Below, piece by piece: positions 9,816 through 19,301 of a stretch of 64,000 bases of DNA. The position numbers and the translations under genes are program-made. Each line of letters opens with the position of its first letter. Position 1 is the first letter of the stretch. A model generated the notes under the pieces. The model was not told the DNA's origin. It did not search any database and worked only from the letters and a program-made list of their open reading frames with translations. The stretch comes from Limnothrix sp. BL-A-16 (GTDB lineage Bacteria; Cyanobacteriota; Cyanobacteriia; CACIAM-69d): the NCBI GenBank assembly GCA_041937175.2, contig CP166615.1:2368001-2432000 (forward strand). Reading direction: 5' to 3'.

Positions 9816-11720
9816 GTGGCTGAGATTGCCCAAACCCTCATCCTGGCCGTCTTGGTGGGCATCGGGGCCCAAATTGTGGCGGCCTGGTTGCGGCTGCCCG
9901 GCATCGTTTGCCTGCTGGTGTTTGGAATTAGCCTGGGGCGCAGCGGCCTCGGGGCGATCGACCCGCAACAGTTGGGCCCGGCCCTGGAGGCGATCGTTTC
10001 CTTGGCAGTGGCCCTCATTTTGTTTGAGGGGGGGTTGGGCCTGGAGTTGCGCGATGTGGGCAAAGTCTCCGGCAGCCTGCGCAATCTGGTGACAATCGGG
10101 ACGTTGGTTTCCTTTGCGGGCGGCGGCATGGCGGCCCATTGGTTGGCGGAGTTTCCTTGGCCGATCGCCCTGCTCTACTCCTCCCTGGTGGTGGTGACCG
10201 GGCCCACGGTCATTGGCCCCCTGCTGAAAAATATTCAAGTCGATCGGCAGGTTTCAGCCCTCCTCGAAAGCGAAGGCGTATTAATTGACCCGATCGGGGC
10301 GATCCTGGCCGTCGTTGTTCTCAACATCATCATCGACGGCGGCGGCGACCCAAGCACCATCCTAGCCAGCATGTTATGGCGCTTGGGATCCGGCAGTTTG
10401 ATTGGCGGGTTGGGTGGCTGGGCGATCGCCGCCTTCCTGCGGCGGGCCCCCTTCCTGTCCGATGACCTGCGGAATTTAACCGTTTTGGCCGGAGCCTGGG
10501 GCCTCTATAGCCTGTCGCAACAAACTGCCAGCGAATCCGGCCTGATGGCAGTGGTCATTGCAGGCATTGTTCTCCGGGCCGCCGAGCTGCCCGAAGCCCG
10601 CACCCTGCGCCGCTTCAAAGGGCAACTGACCCTGCTGGCCATCTCCGTCCTGTTCGTGCTGTTGGCGGCAGACCTCTCCCTCGCCAGCGTCTTCACCCTT
10701 GGTTGGGGCGGCTTGGCCGCCGTTGTGGTGTTGATGTTGGTGGTGCGCCCCCTGAACGTGTGGCTTTGCACCGCCGGTAGCGACTTTAATTGGCGACAAA
10801 AACTCTTTGCCGGTTGGGTGGCTCCCAAGGGAATTGTTTCCGCGTCCGTGGCCTCCCTGTTCTCCATTTTGTTGACCCAAGGGGGTATTACCGGCGGCGA
10901 GTCCATTAAAGCCTTGGTGTTTTTGACGATCGCCACCACGGTCACCGCCCAAGGCCTGACGGCGGGCTGGGTTGCCGATTGGTTGCGGTTAACCTCCACG
11001 GAACGGCGCGGCATCGCGATCGCCGGGGCCACGCCCGTGGGATTGCTGGTGGCGCGGTTGTTTGCCGATCGCGGGGAAGCGGTGGCGATCGTGGAAACGG
11101 ACCCGGAAGCCTGCAAGCAAGCCGAAAGCGCCGGATTTCGCGTGTTTTCCAGCAGTGCCCTCGACACGGCCGTTTTGGAAGCGGCCGGTTTGGAGTCTGT
11201 GGGAACGTTCCTCGCGGCCACCAGCAATGGGGAAGTGAATGCGGTTTTGGCCCAACGCGCCGCCGAAGAATTCGCCCCGCCTCGGGTCTTGGCTGCCGTT
11301 CCCACCGAAGAGAACAGCAACGGCAACGGCCAAGCCAAACGCAGCAGCAAGGTGCAACCCGCCTTTGCCACCCAACGCAGCCTCAAGGAATGGAATCAAT
11401 TGGTGAGCGATCGGGCGGTCAAACTCGGAGAAACGATCATGCGATCGACCGATTTAGACCTGCAACATGCCCACCTCACGGCCCTGATTCGCACCGGGGA
11501 ATTAATTCCATTGTTGATTGCTCGGGACGATCGGCTGATGGTGGTTTCTGCCCATGACCCATGGTTAGCGGGCGATCGGCTCATCTATTTACTCCATGAT
11601 CCCAAGCCAAAAATTCTGCAAAGTTTGGCCGGATCTCGCAAGCCCGAATTCACGATCGAGCGTCTGCCTTCTGTGGAGGAGTTACCCCTTGCCAGCGAAG
11701 CAATCCAAGAAGCCGTTTAA
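9816..11720 (+). CDS. CPA1 cation:proton antiporter with C-terminal TrkA-N (RCK) domain
   Basis: ILFEGGL, VVTGPTVI, LESEGVLIDPIGA, APKGIVSAS; soluble KTN-like C-terminus. Confidence 0.9.
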   Translation: MAEIAQTLILAVLVGIGAQIVAAWLRLPGIVCLLVFGISLGRSGLGAIDPQQLGPALEAIVSLAVALILFEGGLGLELRDVGKVSGSLRNLVTIGTLVSFAGGGMAAHWLAEFPWPIALLYSSLVVVTGPTVIGPLLKNIQVDRQVSALLESEGVLIDPIGAILAVVVLNIIIDGGGDPSTILASMLWRLGSGSLIGGLGGWAIAAFLRRAPFLSDDLRNLTVLAGAWGLYSLSQQTASESGLMAVVIAGIVLRAAELPEARTLRRFKGQLTLLAISVLFVLLAADLSLASVFTLGWGGLAAVVVLMLVVRPLNVWLCTAGSDFNWRQKLFAGWVAPKGIVSASVASLFSILLTQGGITGGESIKALVFLTIATTVTAQGLTAGWVADWLRLTSTERRGIAIAGATPVGLLVARLFADRGEAVAIVETDPEACKQAESAGFRVFSSSALDTAVLEAAGLESVGTFLAATSNGEVNAVLAQRAAEEFAPPRVLAAVPTEENSNGNGQAKRSSKVQPAFATQRSLKEWNQLVSDRAVKLGETIMRSTDLDLQHAHLTALIRTGELIPLLIARDDRLMVVSAHDPWLAGDRLIYLLHDPKPKILQSLAGSRKPEFTIERLPSVEELPLASEAIQEAV

Positions 11721-11834
11721 TGCGATGACCAAATGGATCGCTCTAAATCAAATTTCGACTTCCAAGGCTGCCAAACTCGCCCTTGTCCAAAAATGGCACT
11801 GAGTAAATGAACCAATGGATTAGGAGGCTCCAAG

Positions 11835-12164
11835 ATGTTAATTATGCCAGTGACGGAAACGGTTCCTTTAGCCATTGATGCTACAGATGTCATTCGCGTG
11901 GGAGGAACCCGCGTGACGTTGGATACGGTGATCTTGGCATTTCTAGAAGGCAATTTAGCTGAGGAGATTCAAGAGCAATATCCTTCGCTCCAGTTGGCTG
12001 ATATCTATTCTGTGTTGGGCTATTACTTGCGACATCGATCGGAGGTTGATAGCTATTTGCGATCGCGATCTAATTTGGCAGTAACGGTACAGCAAAGAAT
12101 TGAAGCGACTGATAACCCCGTGGGTTTACGCGATCGGCTGCTGGCACGACGCATGAGTCACTAA
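11835..12164 (+). CDS. DUF433 family protein, putative antitoxin
   Basis: IRVGGTRVTLDTVI..F..G..AEEI.EQYPSL.LADIYSVLGYYLRH. Confidence 0.85.
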   Translation: MLIMPVTETVPLAIDATDVIRVGGTRVTLDTVILAFLEGNLAEEIQEQYPSLQLADIYSVLGYYLRHRSEVDSYLRSRSNLAVTVQQRIEATDNPVGLRDRLLARRMSH

Positions 12165-12178
12165 TCCACTTCTAAAGT

Positions 12179-12316
12179 ATGAAGTTTCTTGCGGACGAAA
12201 ATTTCAATAATCAGATTGTACGCGATATTTTACGGCGCAATCCAACCATAGATTATTATTACTTAATTATGCTCTCGCCTACCCTAAAAGATTACTCGAG
12301 TCTTAATTGCAAATGA
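12179..12316 (+). pseudogene. Truncated DUF5615 PIN-like toxin
   Basis: Translates MKFLADENFNNQIVRDILRRNPTID, a typical DUF5615 N-terminus, then unrelated AT-rich sequence and a stop at codon 46; 14 bp after DUF433. Confidence 0.75.
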
Positions 12317-12329
12317 CTTTATCTTAATT

Positions 12330-15083
12330 TCAATTTCCATAAATAGATGAAGGATTTTCATCTTTTTGGGTGGCGTTAATTTTAGCTAAAGCTTTAGTGG
12401 CTATATCGCGGACAGTCCAGTTATTTTCTTTCAAGAGAGGGGTTAAAATTTCGGCAGCTTTTGAGTTACCAGTTTCTCCCAACTGATAGGCTACTGTATA
12501 TCGAACACTAGGATTGGGATCACGACTAAGTATTTTCAGGACACTCAAAGCCAGTTCAGTGCCAGCTTCGCCAAAAACCTGGGCCACTTCGCCAAAAACC
12601 TGAGCTACCGAGCTGCGAACAATCGAGCTGGGATCCTGAATTGCCCGAAATAGTGCTTTGATTGCCTTCGGAGTTCTGATTTTTCCCAGGGCAATGACAG
12701 CTTGCTGTCGAACATAACAATCCTGATCATGAAGGGCAAGTATGAGGCGATCACTAACTCGTGGATCACCTAAGATTCCTAAGAGCGCTGTTGCTCTCCA
12801 ACAAACTTTAGGATTGGAATGATGAGCAGCCGGCCATAGACAATTGATTGCGCGCTGACCGCCGATACAAATCAAGCTAGCAGAAACACTACGATAAGTC
12901 AGGGGATCAGACTCATCCAGTAAGGCTACCAATGGCTCAATCGCATCTTCGCATTCCATAAATGCTAATACATTTGCAGCATTCTCACGAACTTTTGGAT
13001 CTGAGTCCCGAAGAGCCGACAGCAATCCTGGAAGTGCTCGTTCACTTTCAGTTGTCCATAGACCATACACTGCCCAATAACGTACATCTGCATCTGGATC
13101 TTGAAGTGCCAAAAGCAACCCATCAACTACCTGCTCACCTCCAATAATTTGTAAAGCACTAGTGACCGCGTAACGAATTTTGGCATCCTTATGACTTAGG
13201 AGAGATTCCAATTTAACAATTGTTCTCTTGCCACCTATTGCGCCTAAGGCATCAACAATATCATGAATCAAATAGTTAAACTCTATATTTTGAAGTACCA
13301 ATAGTAAGCTATTGACTACTTGATCACCTCCGATCTTACCAAGGGCACTAATAGCGTGACAGCAAACCTCGGAATTCTGATCATGAAGTGCCGCTAACAG
13401 TTCATCAATTGCTATTTCACTCCTAATCATCCCGAGAGCTTGAGCTGCCTTGCTACGCACCTTAGCTCTTGAGTCTTTAAGGGCTAACAACAAACCATAA
13501 GCAGCCGTTTTAGAGCCAATTTTTCCCAGCGCTAGTGCTGCTTGACAACAGATTAAATAGTCTGAGTGATTGAGAGCAAGTAATAAACTCCTAATGCCAG
13601 GGTTTGATCGACTCGTTTCCCAACACTGAATTTTTAGTGTAATTGGTAATTCTTTCTGATCAATCCAACCTACCATCATGGCTTGAAACTCTGGCTTAAC
13701 CTCTCCTGCCAACCGCGCCCCCAACATCAAATCGACCTCATCCATTGCCAGCCGCACCACCTGCAAAGCCTGCGTTTCGTCCTCCAGCAGCGCCAACATC
13801 AACGCCACCGGTTCTGTCCATTTCAGATAGTTCAAATAATCCCGCTTCAGTTCCTCATCGCTCAATTGCGGTAAGCAACGCAATAAATATTCCGCCGCGT
13901 AATATTCCTGAATCAGTTGGTGGCGAAACTCCAAATGCTGCTCAAAATTGGGCTGAATCACTGGCTGAATTAAGTGGTATTTCACCAAATCTTGTAGCCA
14001 GCGCACCGCACAACCACGCGGATCAGCCCAACCAACCTCTTGCAAATAGGTTGTTAAGCAATCTTCAGCCGCTTCTTGAGAAATTGATAACCGCAATTCC
14101 GTAGGCGTTTTGCCCTGCATCATTTCAAAGGCCAAATGTTGTAGCAACTTGGGCCACTGATCGCGCGAATCCGTCGGCACATCATCTTGCAATTCTCGGT
14201 CATGAAGTTGAGCAAACTCCCGAAACGCTAACCCCAAGTTGCTGGGCACTTGTCCACTTTCTGCAAATACTCGACAAAGCATCCACAACAACAGCGGAGT
14301 TTCAGCAAATTTCCGCAACCGATCGCCCTGAAGCTGCTGAAACAGGCGATCGCCCTCAGTTCCCAAATAGCCCCGCACAAACTCCCGCATTTGCGATTCC
14401 GTCAGGGGCAACATTTTCAGGGTTTTCTGAATCCCCAAAATGCCACCCACCGCCAGATCTCGCGTGGAGACAATCATTGGCGTGGTTACCCGATAGCGAT
14501 CGCGAAAATTCGCCGCCGCTGTTCTGAAGGCTTCCGGCAACTCGTTCAGCCCATCCAACAACAACAGGAACCGCCCTTGGCGCAGGCAATCCTCCACCTG
14601 GGAAATGTCCAAGGCCGCCCGATGCTGTTGCAAAAAATCGCGAATTAGGGCTTCCAAGCTGTCGTTGCAGCGCCGCAACTTCACCAACACCGGAATCCGT
14701 GCGCTCGGGTCTTGTTGCGCCCGTTCCGCTTCTTCCCACAGCAACCGTTCTAGCGAAGTGGACTTGCCCGATCCCGGCTTACCAATCAAAACCACATGAT
14801 CGGTCGCATAGTGACGCAACCCCGCCAACACGTCCCACTGTTCAACCTTTTCCCGCTGCTCGTCCTCTTGTTGGCTAGGATTGCCCGCTTCTGGCTCGGG
14901 TTTGACCGTTTCTACCCGCAACTTCAACCGCGATGGGGGCCGCCCCGCGAGCGATCGACTCGCCACTAGCCGCCGATCTTCCACCGTCGTGGGCGTGTAG
15001 CAGTCTTGCCATTCCTGATAGTCATCGCTGGTCAGGATGGCAGCTAAATAAGGCTGAAAATCAATGGGTAGTGGCGGAGTCAT
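12330..15083 (-). CDS. NACHT (STAND) NTPase with C-terminal HEAT/PBS-lyase repeats
   Basis: Walker A GKPGSGKST, Walker B FLLLLDGLNE, TPLLL, FRHQLIQEYYAA; many VRxxAAxALGxIG repeats. Confidence 0.9.
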   Translation of the reverse strand: MTPPLPIDFQPYLAAILTSDDYQEWQDCYTPTTVEDRRLVASRSLAGRPPSRLKLRVETVKPEPEAGNPSQQEDEQREKVEQWDVLAGLRHYATDHVVLIGKPGSGKSTSLERLLWEEAERAQQDPSARIPVLVKLRRCNDSLEALIRDFLQQHRAALDISQVEDCLRQGRFLLLLDGLNELPEAFRTAAANFRDRYRVTTPMIVSTRDLAVGGILGIQKTLKMLPLTESQMREFVRGYLGTEGDRLFQQLQGDRLRKFAETPLLLWMLCRVFAESGQVPSNLGLAFREFAQLHDRELQDDVPTDSRDQWPKLLQHLAFEMMQGKTPTELRLSISQEAAEDCLTTYLQEVGWADPRGCAVRWLQDLVKYHLIQPVIQPNFEQHLEFRHQLIQEYYAAEYLLRCLPQLSDEELKRDYLNYLKWTEPVALMLALLEDETQALQVVRLAMDEVDLMLGARLAGEVKPEFQAMMVGWIDQKELPITLKIQCWETSRSNPGIRSLLLALNHSDYLICCQAALALGKIGSKTAAYGLLLALKDSRAKVRSKAAQALGMIRSEIAIDELLAALHDQNSEVCCHAISALGKIGGDQVVNSLLLVLQNIEFNYLIHDIVDALGAIGGKRTIVKLESLLSHKDAKIRYAVTSALQIIGGEQVVDGLLLALQDPDADVRYWAVYGLWTTESERALPGLLSALRDSDPKVRENAANVLAFMECEDAIEPLVALLDESDPLTYRSVSASLICIGGQRAINCLWPAAHHSNPKVCWRATALLGILGDPRVSDRLILALHDQDCYVRQQAVIALGKIRTPKAIKALFRAIQDPSSIVRSSVAQVFGEVAQVFGEAGTELALSVLKILSRDPNPSVRYTVAYQLGETGNSKAAEILTPLLKENNWTVRDIATKALAKINATQKDENPSSIYGN

Positions 15084-15247
15084 CCGGTTACTTCAGCAAT
15101 CCCACTCACTAATCTAGCTAACACCCAGCAAAGCGCAACCGCCAACTGATCGCCCTAAAAATATTGAGCCTTGGGACAACCATGGCGGTAACCATCATCC
15201 CAAGGCAAACAGCAAGCAGCCGCTAGAATCGCTCGATCGAGCCGTGA

Positions 15248-15622
15248 CTATTCGGAATATTCGTAAGTGCCGCCATCACAGACAGAAACGCTGGATTGGA
15301 TCAAAGCTCCCCGACCCACACCATTACCGGGGCCAAGCACACCTTTGAAATCGTAGAGACAATCCTCGCGGCCATCATCGATCGTGATCTCAATGGACTC
15401 GCCCGGGTTGAGTACATCAGCTCCCAAAATGTCCGCTTCCCAGTCATTGGTAGTGGGGGGAGATGCATAGAATTCTTCGAGCACCCGACTGGTGGAATTA
15501 ATCAGAGTGAAGGTCACCGACTGATATTCAGCAGCAGCGGGTTGCGCGCCCAGGGCAGAACCCACGAGGGCCACAGCTAACCCTGCCAGGGAGGAGTGCC
15601 AAAAAAAGCGATTGTTCGCCAT
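15248..15622 (-). CDS. Small secreted hypothetical protein
   Basis: Sec signal ending AQPAAA; beta-rich mature part (FTLINST..EFYASP..WEADILG) with 2 Cys. Confidence 0.75.
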   Translation of the reverse strand: MANNRFFWHSSLAGLAVALVGSALGAQPAAAEYQSVTFTLINSTSRVLEEFYASPPTTNDWEADILGADVLNPGESIEITIDDGREDCLYDFKGVLGPGNGVGRGALIQSSVSVCDGGTYEYSE

Positions 15623-15786
15623 AGAACGTCTGAGGAAGAAGTGGATTGCAATTCAAGGGATTGCTGGGCCCCGCGATCGTGGCGGCAATCCTATCCATTG
15701 CGTCCATTAAGGTAGCCTACCGATCGGGAAGAATCACAGGGGGATCAGTGGTTTTCCAAGGCTGGGGCGATCGCCCATGAATGCTC

Positions 15787-15831
15787 ATAACCCCCATTGA
15801 CCTCCTCAATCGGCCGGTCAATGGGGGTTAT
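15787..15831. terminator. Long inverted repeat downstream of the adenylate cyclase gene
   Basis: ataacccccattgacc ... ggtcaatgggggttat, perfect 16-bp arms. Confidence 0.55.
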
Positions 15832-15898
15832 AAACAGGTTGCGCCGGATTTCGCGAGGTTTCGCAGCGGCTTGCCGGGTTTTGGGGACGTTGCTGAAT

Positions 15899-18715
15899 TT
15901 ACTTGCTGGTCATGGTGAATGCGCCATCCCACTCGGACTCGGGGGGATTGGTCAGGTAATGCTGACAGCGTTGGAGTTGCAGTTGGGCGGCCTTTTCGTC
16001 CTTGTTAATTTCCAGCACCATCCCGAATTCGGCCATGGCTCGGGCAAACTGCCGATCGAGATAGAGCCGCCGGCCGCGGCCGTAGTGATCCAGGATATCC
16101 AGCTTGGCTTGGGGCACTTCGCGAGCCAGGGGCCCTTCCTTGATGGCGATGATTTCGTACACCGAGACGGGCTTGTTTTTGCCCTTCACTTTGATGTAGT
16201 CCAGCTCGCGGGCCCAGAGTCGATCGGGGTTGCACTTGCGATAGGTGTTTTCGCTGATCAAGATGTCGCAGCCATATTGCTTGGTGGCTCCTTCCAGACG
16301 AGACCCCAGGTTCACACCGTCCCCGATCGCGGTGAACTCCATCCGCCGACTGGAACCAATGTTGCCGCTGATCACTTCGTCGGAATGCAAGCCAATCCCG
16401 ATGCTGATTTCCTTCTTGCCCTGTTCGCGCCGCTTCAGGTTGAACTCCACCAACCGATGGCGCATATCCACCGCCGTTTGCACCGCCATCCAAGCATGGT
16501 CATCAAGGGGCAACGGTGAGCCAAACACGGCCATGATTGCGTCCCCGATGTATTTGTCGAGGGTTCCCTTGTGTTGGAACACCGCATCCACCATGGACTC
16601 GAAATATTCGTTGAGCATGGCCACCACCTCTTCGGCGGTCATGCTTTCGGTGATGGTGGTGTAGCTGCGGATGTCGGAGAACAGCACCGATACATCCTTG
16701 CGATCGCCCCCCATCTTGGTTTCGCCGCTGGCCAGGAGCTGTTCCGCCAATTCCTGGGTCATGTAGCGATACATGGTGCTCTTTAGGCGTTTTTCATCGC
16801 TGATGTCTTCCATCACGATCAAGGCCCCGCGCACCTGGGTGGGATCGGCCGCATCGGCGATCGTGTTCAGGGACAGGTTAACGCTATGTTCCTCCTGCTT
16901 GGCTTCCGGTTCCGGCTCTGGAACGATCATTGTCGGTTCGCCCCACAGGTCGTCATCGAGGCCGGGGGGTTTGGGAACGGGAGTCGGGGCCGGGGCCGGC
17001 GGTGGCGCTTCGATCAGGGTCGAAGGCATCAAGGTTTGGTCAGGATAATATTGCCGGCGGGCCTTTTCCTCACTGGCCGAGAGGGCCGCTTGCACCCACT
17101 GGTTAAACTTGTCGCCCCCTTCCCGATCGGCCTTGGCCTTCAGGCGCACCACATCCGTGACCGACAGCCCTTCCAGTTCGTCATCGGATTCCAGCCCCAG
17201 CAGCTTTTTGGCGCTATCGTTGGCGGCCAGGATTTTGCCATTTTTGTCGGTGGAAATCACCCCATCGGAGAGCGATCGCAGAATATCCTTCTGCATTTGC
17301 TCTTGCTGTTTGATTTCCGCAAACAATTTGGCATTTTGCAGCGCCACCCCCGCTTGGATGTTGAAGGCTTCCATGAATTCTTGGTCGCTGCTGTCAAAGC
17401 TGGCTTTCCAGCATTCGGGGGCAGCGGGCCAATCGACGGGATCGTAGGCGGGAAATTCGCCTTGGCGCTTTTTGTTGATGAGCTGGGTCACGCCGATCAG
17501 GTGTCGATCGGCATTGAACACCGGCATACACAACATGCTGCAAGTGCGGTAGCCGCTGCGCTGGTCGGTTTGCTTGGAGGTTTCGGAATCGGGGCGATCG
17601 TACAGGTCAAAGTCAATCCGCAGGGGCTGGCCAGACTGGGCCACTTGGGCGGCGAAGGCCGTGCTGGCCGCATCAATCCGAATTTCCGTGGGCCGACCGT
17701 TGATCGGGATTTTGGTCCAAAGCTGATTTTTATTTTCGTCGTAGAGCCAAAGGGTGCTGCGATCGGCCTGCATCAATTCCTTGGCCTGATCCATCACATT
17801 GGCCAGGGTTTCTTCCAAGTCCAAGCTGCTCTTGCTCAGGCCTTCCGTGGCCTTCATCAGCGCATTGGCCGCCCGCTGACGTTTGATGGCCGCGTAGAAC
17901 GCCCGCGACGACTCCAAAATCAGACGGATGGAAGGAGCAAACTCCCGAAACACCTGTTCATCGTGGCTGGTGAAGCCTTCGAGATCAATTTTTTCCGCCA
18001 GCCCCGTACTGGGATCTGCGCCGGGTTTGAGTTTGTTGATCAGTTGCACCACGGCCACGAGTTCTTCAAACTCGTTGAGCAGCGGCATCACCAGCATGGT
18101 GTAGGTGCGGTAATGGTTTTGCTGATCAAACTTTTTGGCGGCGGCCGATCGGGGATCGTTGTAGAAGTCGTAGGGAATGTTGATGACTTTGCGGGAGGTG
18201 GCCACTTCTCCGGCAATCCCGACGGTGGAGGGAATCCGAATTTCGGGCGCACCTTTGGCCACCTTGGACCACAGTTCACCCCGCTCCTCGTCTAACAAAT
18301 AGATGGTGGTGCGATCGGCGTTGAGCAGTTCCCCGGTTTTCAGGCTGATCGATTCGAGCATTTCCTCCAGAACCGTTTCAAACCCCCCTTGGTTGTCGTT
18401 GAGCACGTCCAACATGGAGAGGGTTTGGTTCACGACCCGGAGCTTGTCCTCCACGTCGGTGACCACCTGTTTAAAGGTGTCACGCTTCAGGGGTGCGAGG
18501 AACGCCTTGAACCCGCCTTGGCGCGAGACCACTAACCCACCGCCGCCGCTGCTGGAGGGGCGCGGATTGGCTGGGGGCCGGCTGGCCTCGTGGGTGGCAG
18601 CGGTGTTATCCGTCACAACCTCGGTAGCGCGGGAGTCCGTGGCGACGACATCCACGACGGTGGCTTCGAGAATGGTGGCTTGGGCGATCGGTTGCTTAGG
18701 CGACGAGGGGGCCAT
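15899..18715 (-). CDS. Class III adenylate cyclase, GAF-GAF-PAS-CYC (CyaB-like)
   Basis: Two GAF domains with LINK..F..D/E motifs; PAS; FSDIRSYT, DKYIGDAIMA, TAIGDGVNLGSRLE. Confidence 0.93.
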   Translation of the reverse strand: MAPSSPKQPIAQATILEATVVDVVATDSRATEVVTDNTAATHEASRPPANPRPSSSGGGGLVVSRQGGFKAFLAPLKRDTFKQVVTDVEDKLRVVNQTLSMLDVLNDNQGGFETVLEEMLESISLKTGELLNADRTTIYLLDEERGELWSKVAKGAPEIRIPSTVGIAGEVATSRKVINIPYDFYNDPRSAAAKKFDQQNHYRTYTMLVMPLLNEFEELVAVVQLINKLKPGADPSTGLAEKIDLEGFTSHDEQVFREFAPSIRLILESSRAFYAAIKRQRAANALMKATEGLSKSSLDLEETLANVMDQAKELMQADRSTLWLYDENKNQLWTKIPINGRPTEIRIDAASTAFAAQVAQSGQPLRIDFDLYDRPDSETSKQTDQRSGYRTCSMLCMPVFNADRHLIGVTQLINKKRQGEFPAYDPVDWPAAPECWKASFDSSDQEFMEAFNIQAGVALQNAKLFAEIKQQEQMQKDILRSLSDGVISTDKNGKILAANDSAKKLLGLESDDELEGLSVTDVVRLKAKADREGGDKFNQWVQAALSASEEKARRQYYPDQTLMPSTLIEAPPPAPAPTPVPKPPGLDDDLWGEPTMIVPEPEPEAKQEEHSVNLSLNTIADAADPTQVRGALIVMEDISDEKRLKSTMYRYMTQELAEQLLASGETKMGGDRKDVSVLFSDIRSYTTITESMTAEEVVAMLNEYFESMVDAVFQHKGTLDKYIGDAIMAVFGSPLPLDDHAWMAVQTAVDMRHRLVEFNLKRREQGKKEISIGIGLHSDEVISGNIGSSRRMEFTAIGDGVNLGSRLEGATKQYGCDILISENTYRKCNPDRLWARELDYIKVKGKNKPVSVYEIIAIKEGPLAREVPQAKLDILDHYGRGRRLYLDRQFARAMAEFGMVLEINKDEKAAQLQLQRCQHYLTNPPESEWDGAFTMTSK

Positions 18716-19301
18716 AGATGCTCGGGAGATTATCGCTGCGGGTCAAGGTGCGATCAAAAAAGGTGCGATCAAAGCAGAATCAGCAGGGAAGTCACTTGAA
18801 TGGGATCTGTAGGCGGTTGGTCGGGATATCGAGACGAATGAACTTCGACAGACCACGAAACTTGAACAACCTGAACCATTGACGGGAAATGGCGATCGAT
18901 CGCCCTACTGGATGAGTCACCAGTGATTAACCGGTCAGCAAGTGGTTTTTAAGACCATTGCCCGAACCTAAGAATCGGCATGGATCGTGGCGTTTTTGAG
19001 TCCGCTGATCACGGGCGATCGCTTCAAGGATGAAATCCGAAGCATTGTTTTTACGCCCTAGTGTAGTCTGTTTATTCTATTTTCCTCAGGGGGCAACTTC
19101 GGTGGCTTAGGCCCGGGGCCATGAATGAAGCCATGGTGATTGGAATCCAACAGGCGATCGGGTGGGCAATCCGGCAAGGCAAATCCGGTGATCAAGGCGA
19201 TCGAGAAGGGGTGATCCAGCGCTGAACAGCCACGGTGGGGGTTAGGGGTTGATCGCTACTCTGACCATAGAGGGATTCGGAAGTCGAGACTGTCGTTGAT
19301 T

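Noticed and set aside
16886..18295. 469-aa + strand ORF and similar long antisense ORFs (e.g. 4556-5452, 19455-20336, 59147-60001)
   Set aside because: Shadow frames opposite well-supported genes, expected in GC-rich DNA, with no recognisable motifs
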